Positions 63,622 to 64,000 of a DNA stretch of 64,000 bases are shown piece by piece. The stretch's first letter is position 1. Every line of letters starts with the position of its first letter. The DNA comes from Glycera tridactyla (taxonomy: Eukaryota): the NCBI GenBank assembly GCA_965644265.1, contig OZ286464.1:91388001-91452000 (forward strand). The letters are read 5' to 3'. The notes beneath the pieces are model-generated. The model saw only the letters and a list, made by a program, of their open reading frames with translations, ran no database searches and was not told where the DNA came from. Position numbers and translations under genes: made by a program.

Positions 63622-64000
63622 CTGCCGGTGATCAACTCCGGTCATCAACAAGGGCGTGCCTCATTCATGTACACGGCATCCTGCTGATGATCAACCCCGG
63701 TCATCAACAAGGGCGTGCCTCATTCATGTACACGGCATCCTGCTGGTGATCAACCCCGGTCATCAACAAGGGCGTGCCTCATTCATGTACACGGCATCCT
63801 GCTGGTGATCAACTCCGGTCATCAACAAGGGCGTGCCTCATTCATGTTCACGGCATCCTGCTGGTGATCAACCCCGGTCATCAACAAGGGCGTGCCTCAT
63901 TCATGTACACGGCATCCTGCTGGTGATCAACCCCGGTCATCAACAAGGGCGTGCCTCATTCATGTACACGGCATCTTGCTGGTGATCAACTCCAGTCATC
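63622..64000. repeat. Minisatellite, 59-bp unit x6 or more (runs off the window)
   Basis: CTGCTGGTGATCAACCCCGGTCATCAACAAGGGCGTGCCTCATTCATGTACACGGCATC, period 59. Confidence 0.98.

Overview
Eukaryotic, non-bacterial DNA: a repeat-rich, gene-poor stretch of a draft animal genome with 7 N-gaps. It is probably a marine invertebrate or lophotrochozoan; this is inferred from the TE families present and apparent CpG depletion. No host gene can be named with confidence, and almost all ORFs in the supplied track are artefacts of tandem repeats, microsatellites or N runs. Two clear protein-coding transposon relics are present. The first is a decayed Crypton-type tyrosine-recombinase (DUF3504) element on the minus strand (about 9.0-11.8 kb), whose spliced two-exon gene can be rebuilt by hand and whose catalytic Tyr has become His. 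The second is a 5'-truncated CR1/L2-group LINE with an open RT C-terminal ORF (22.4-23.8 kb). The window also holds several MITEs and SINE relics, including a 346-bp TIR element with an AT duplication inserted inside a minisatellite. About 17 unrelated minisatellite arrays (units 12-147 bp) cover about 12.7 kb, roughly 20% of the window. No CRISPR, rRNA or tRNA gene was found.
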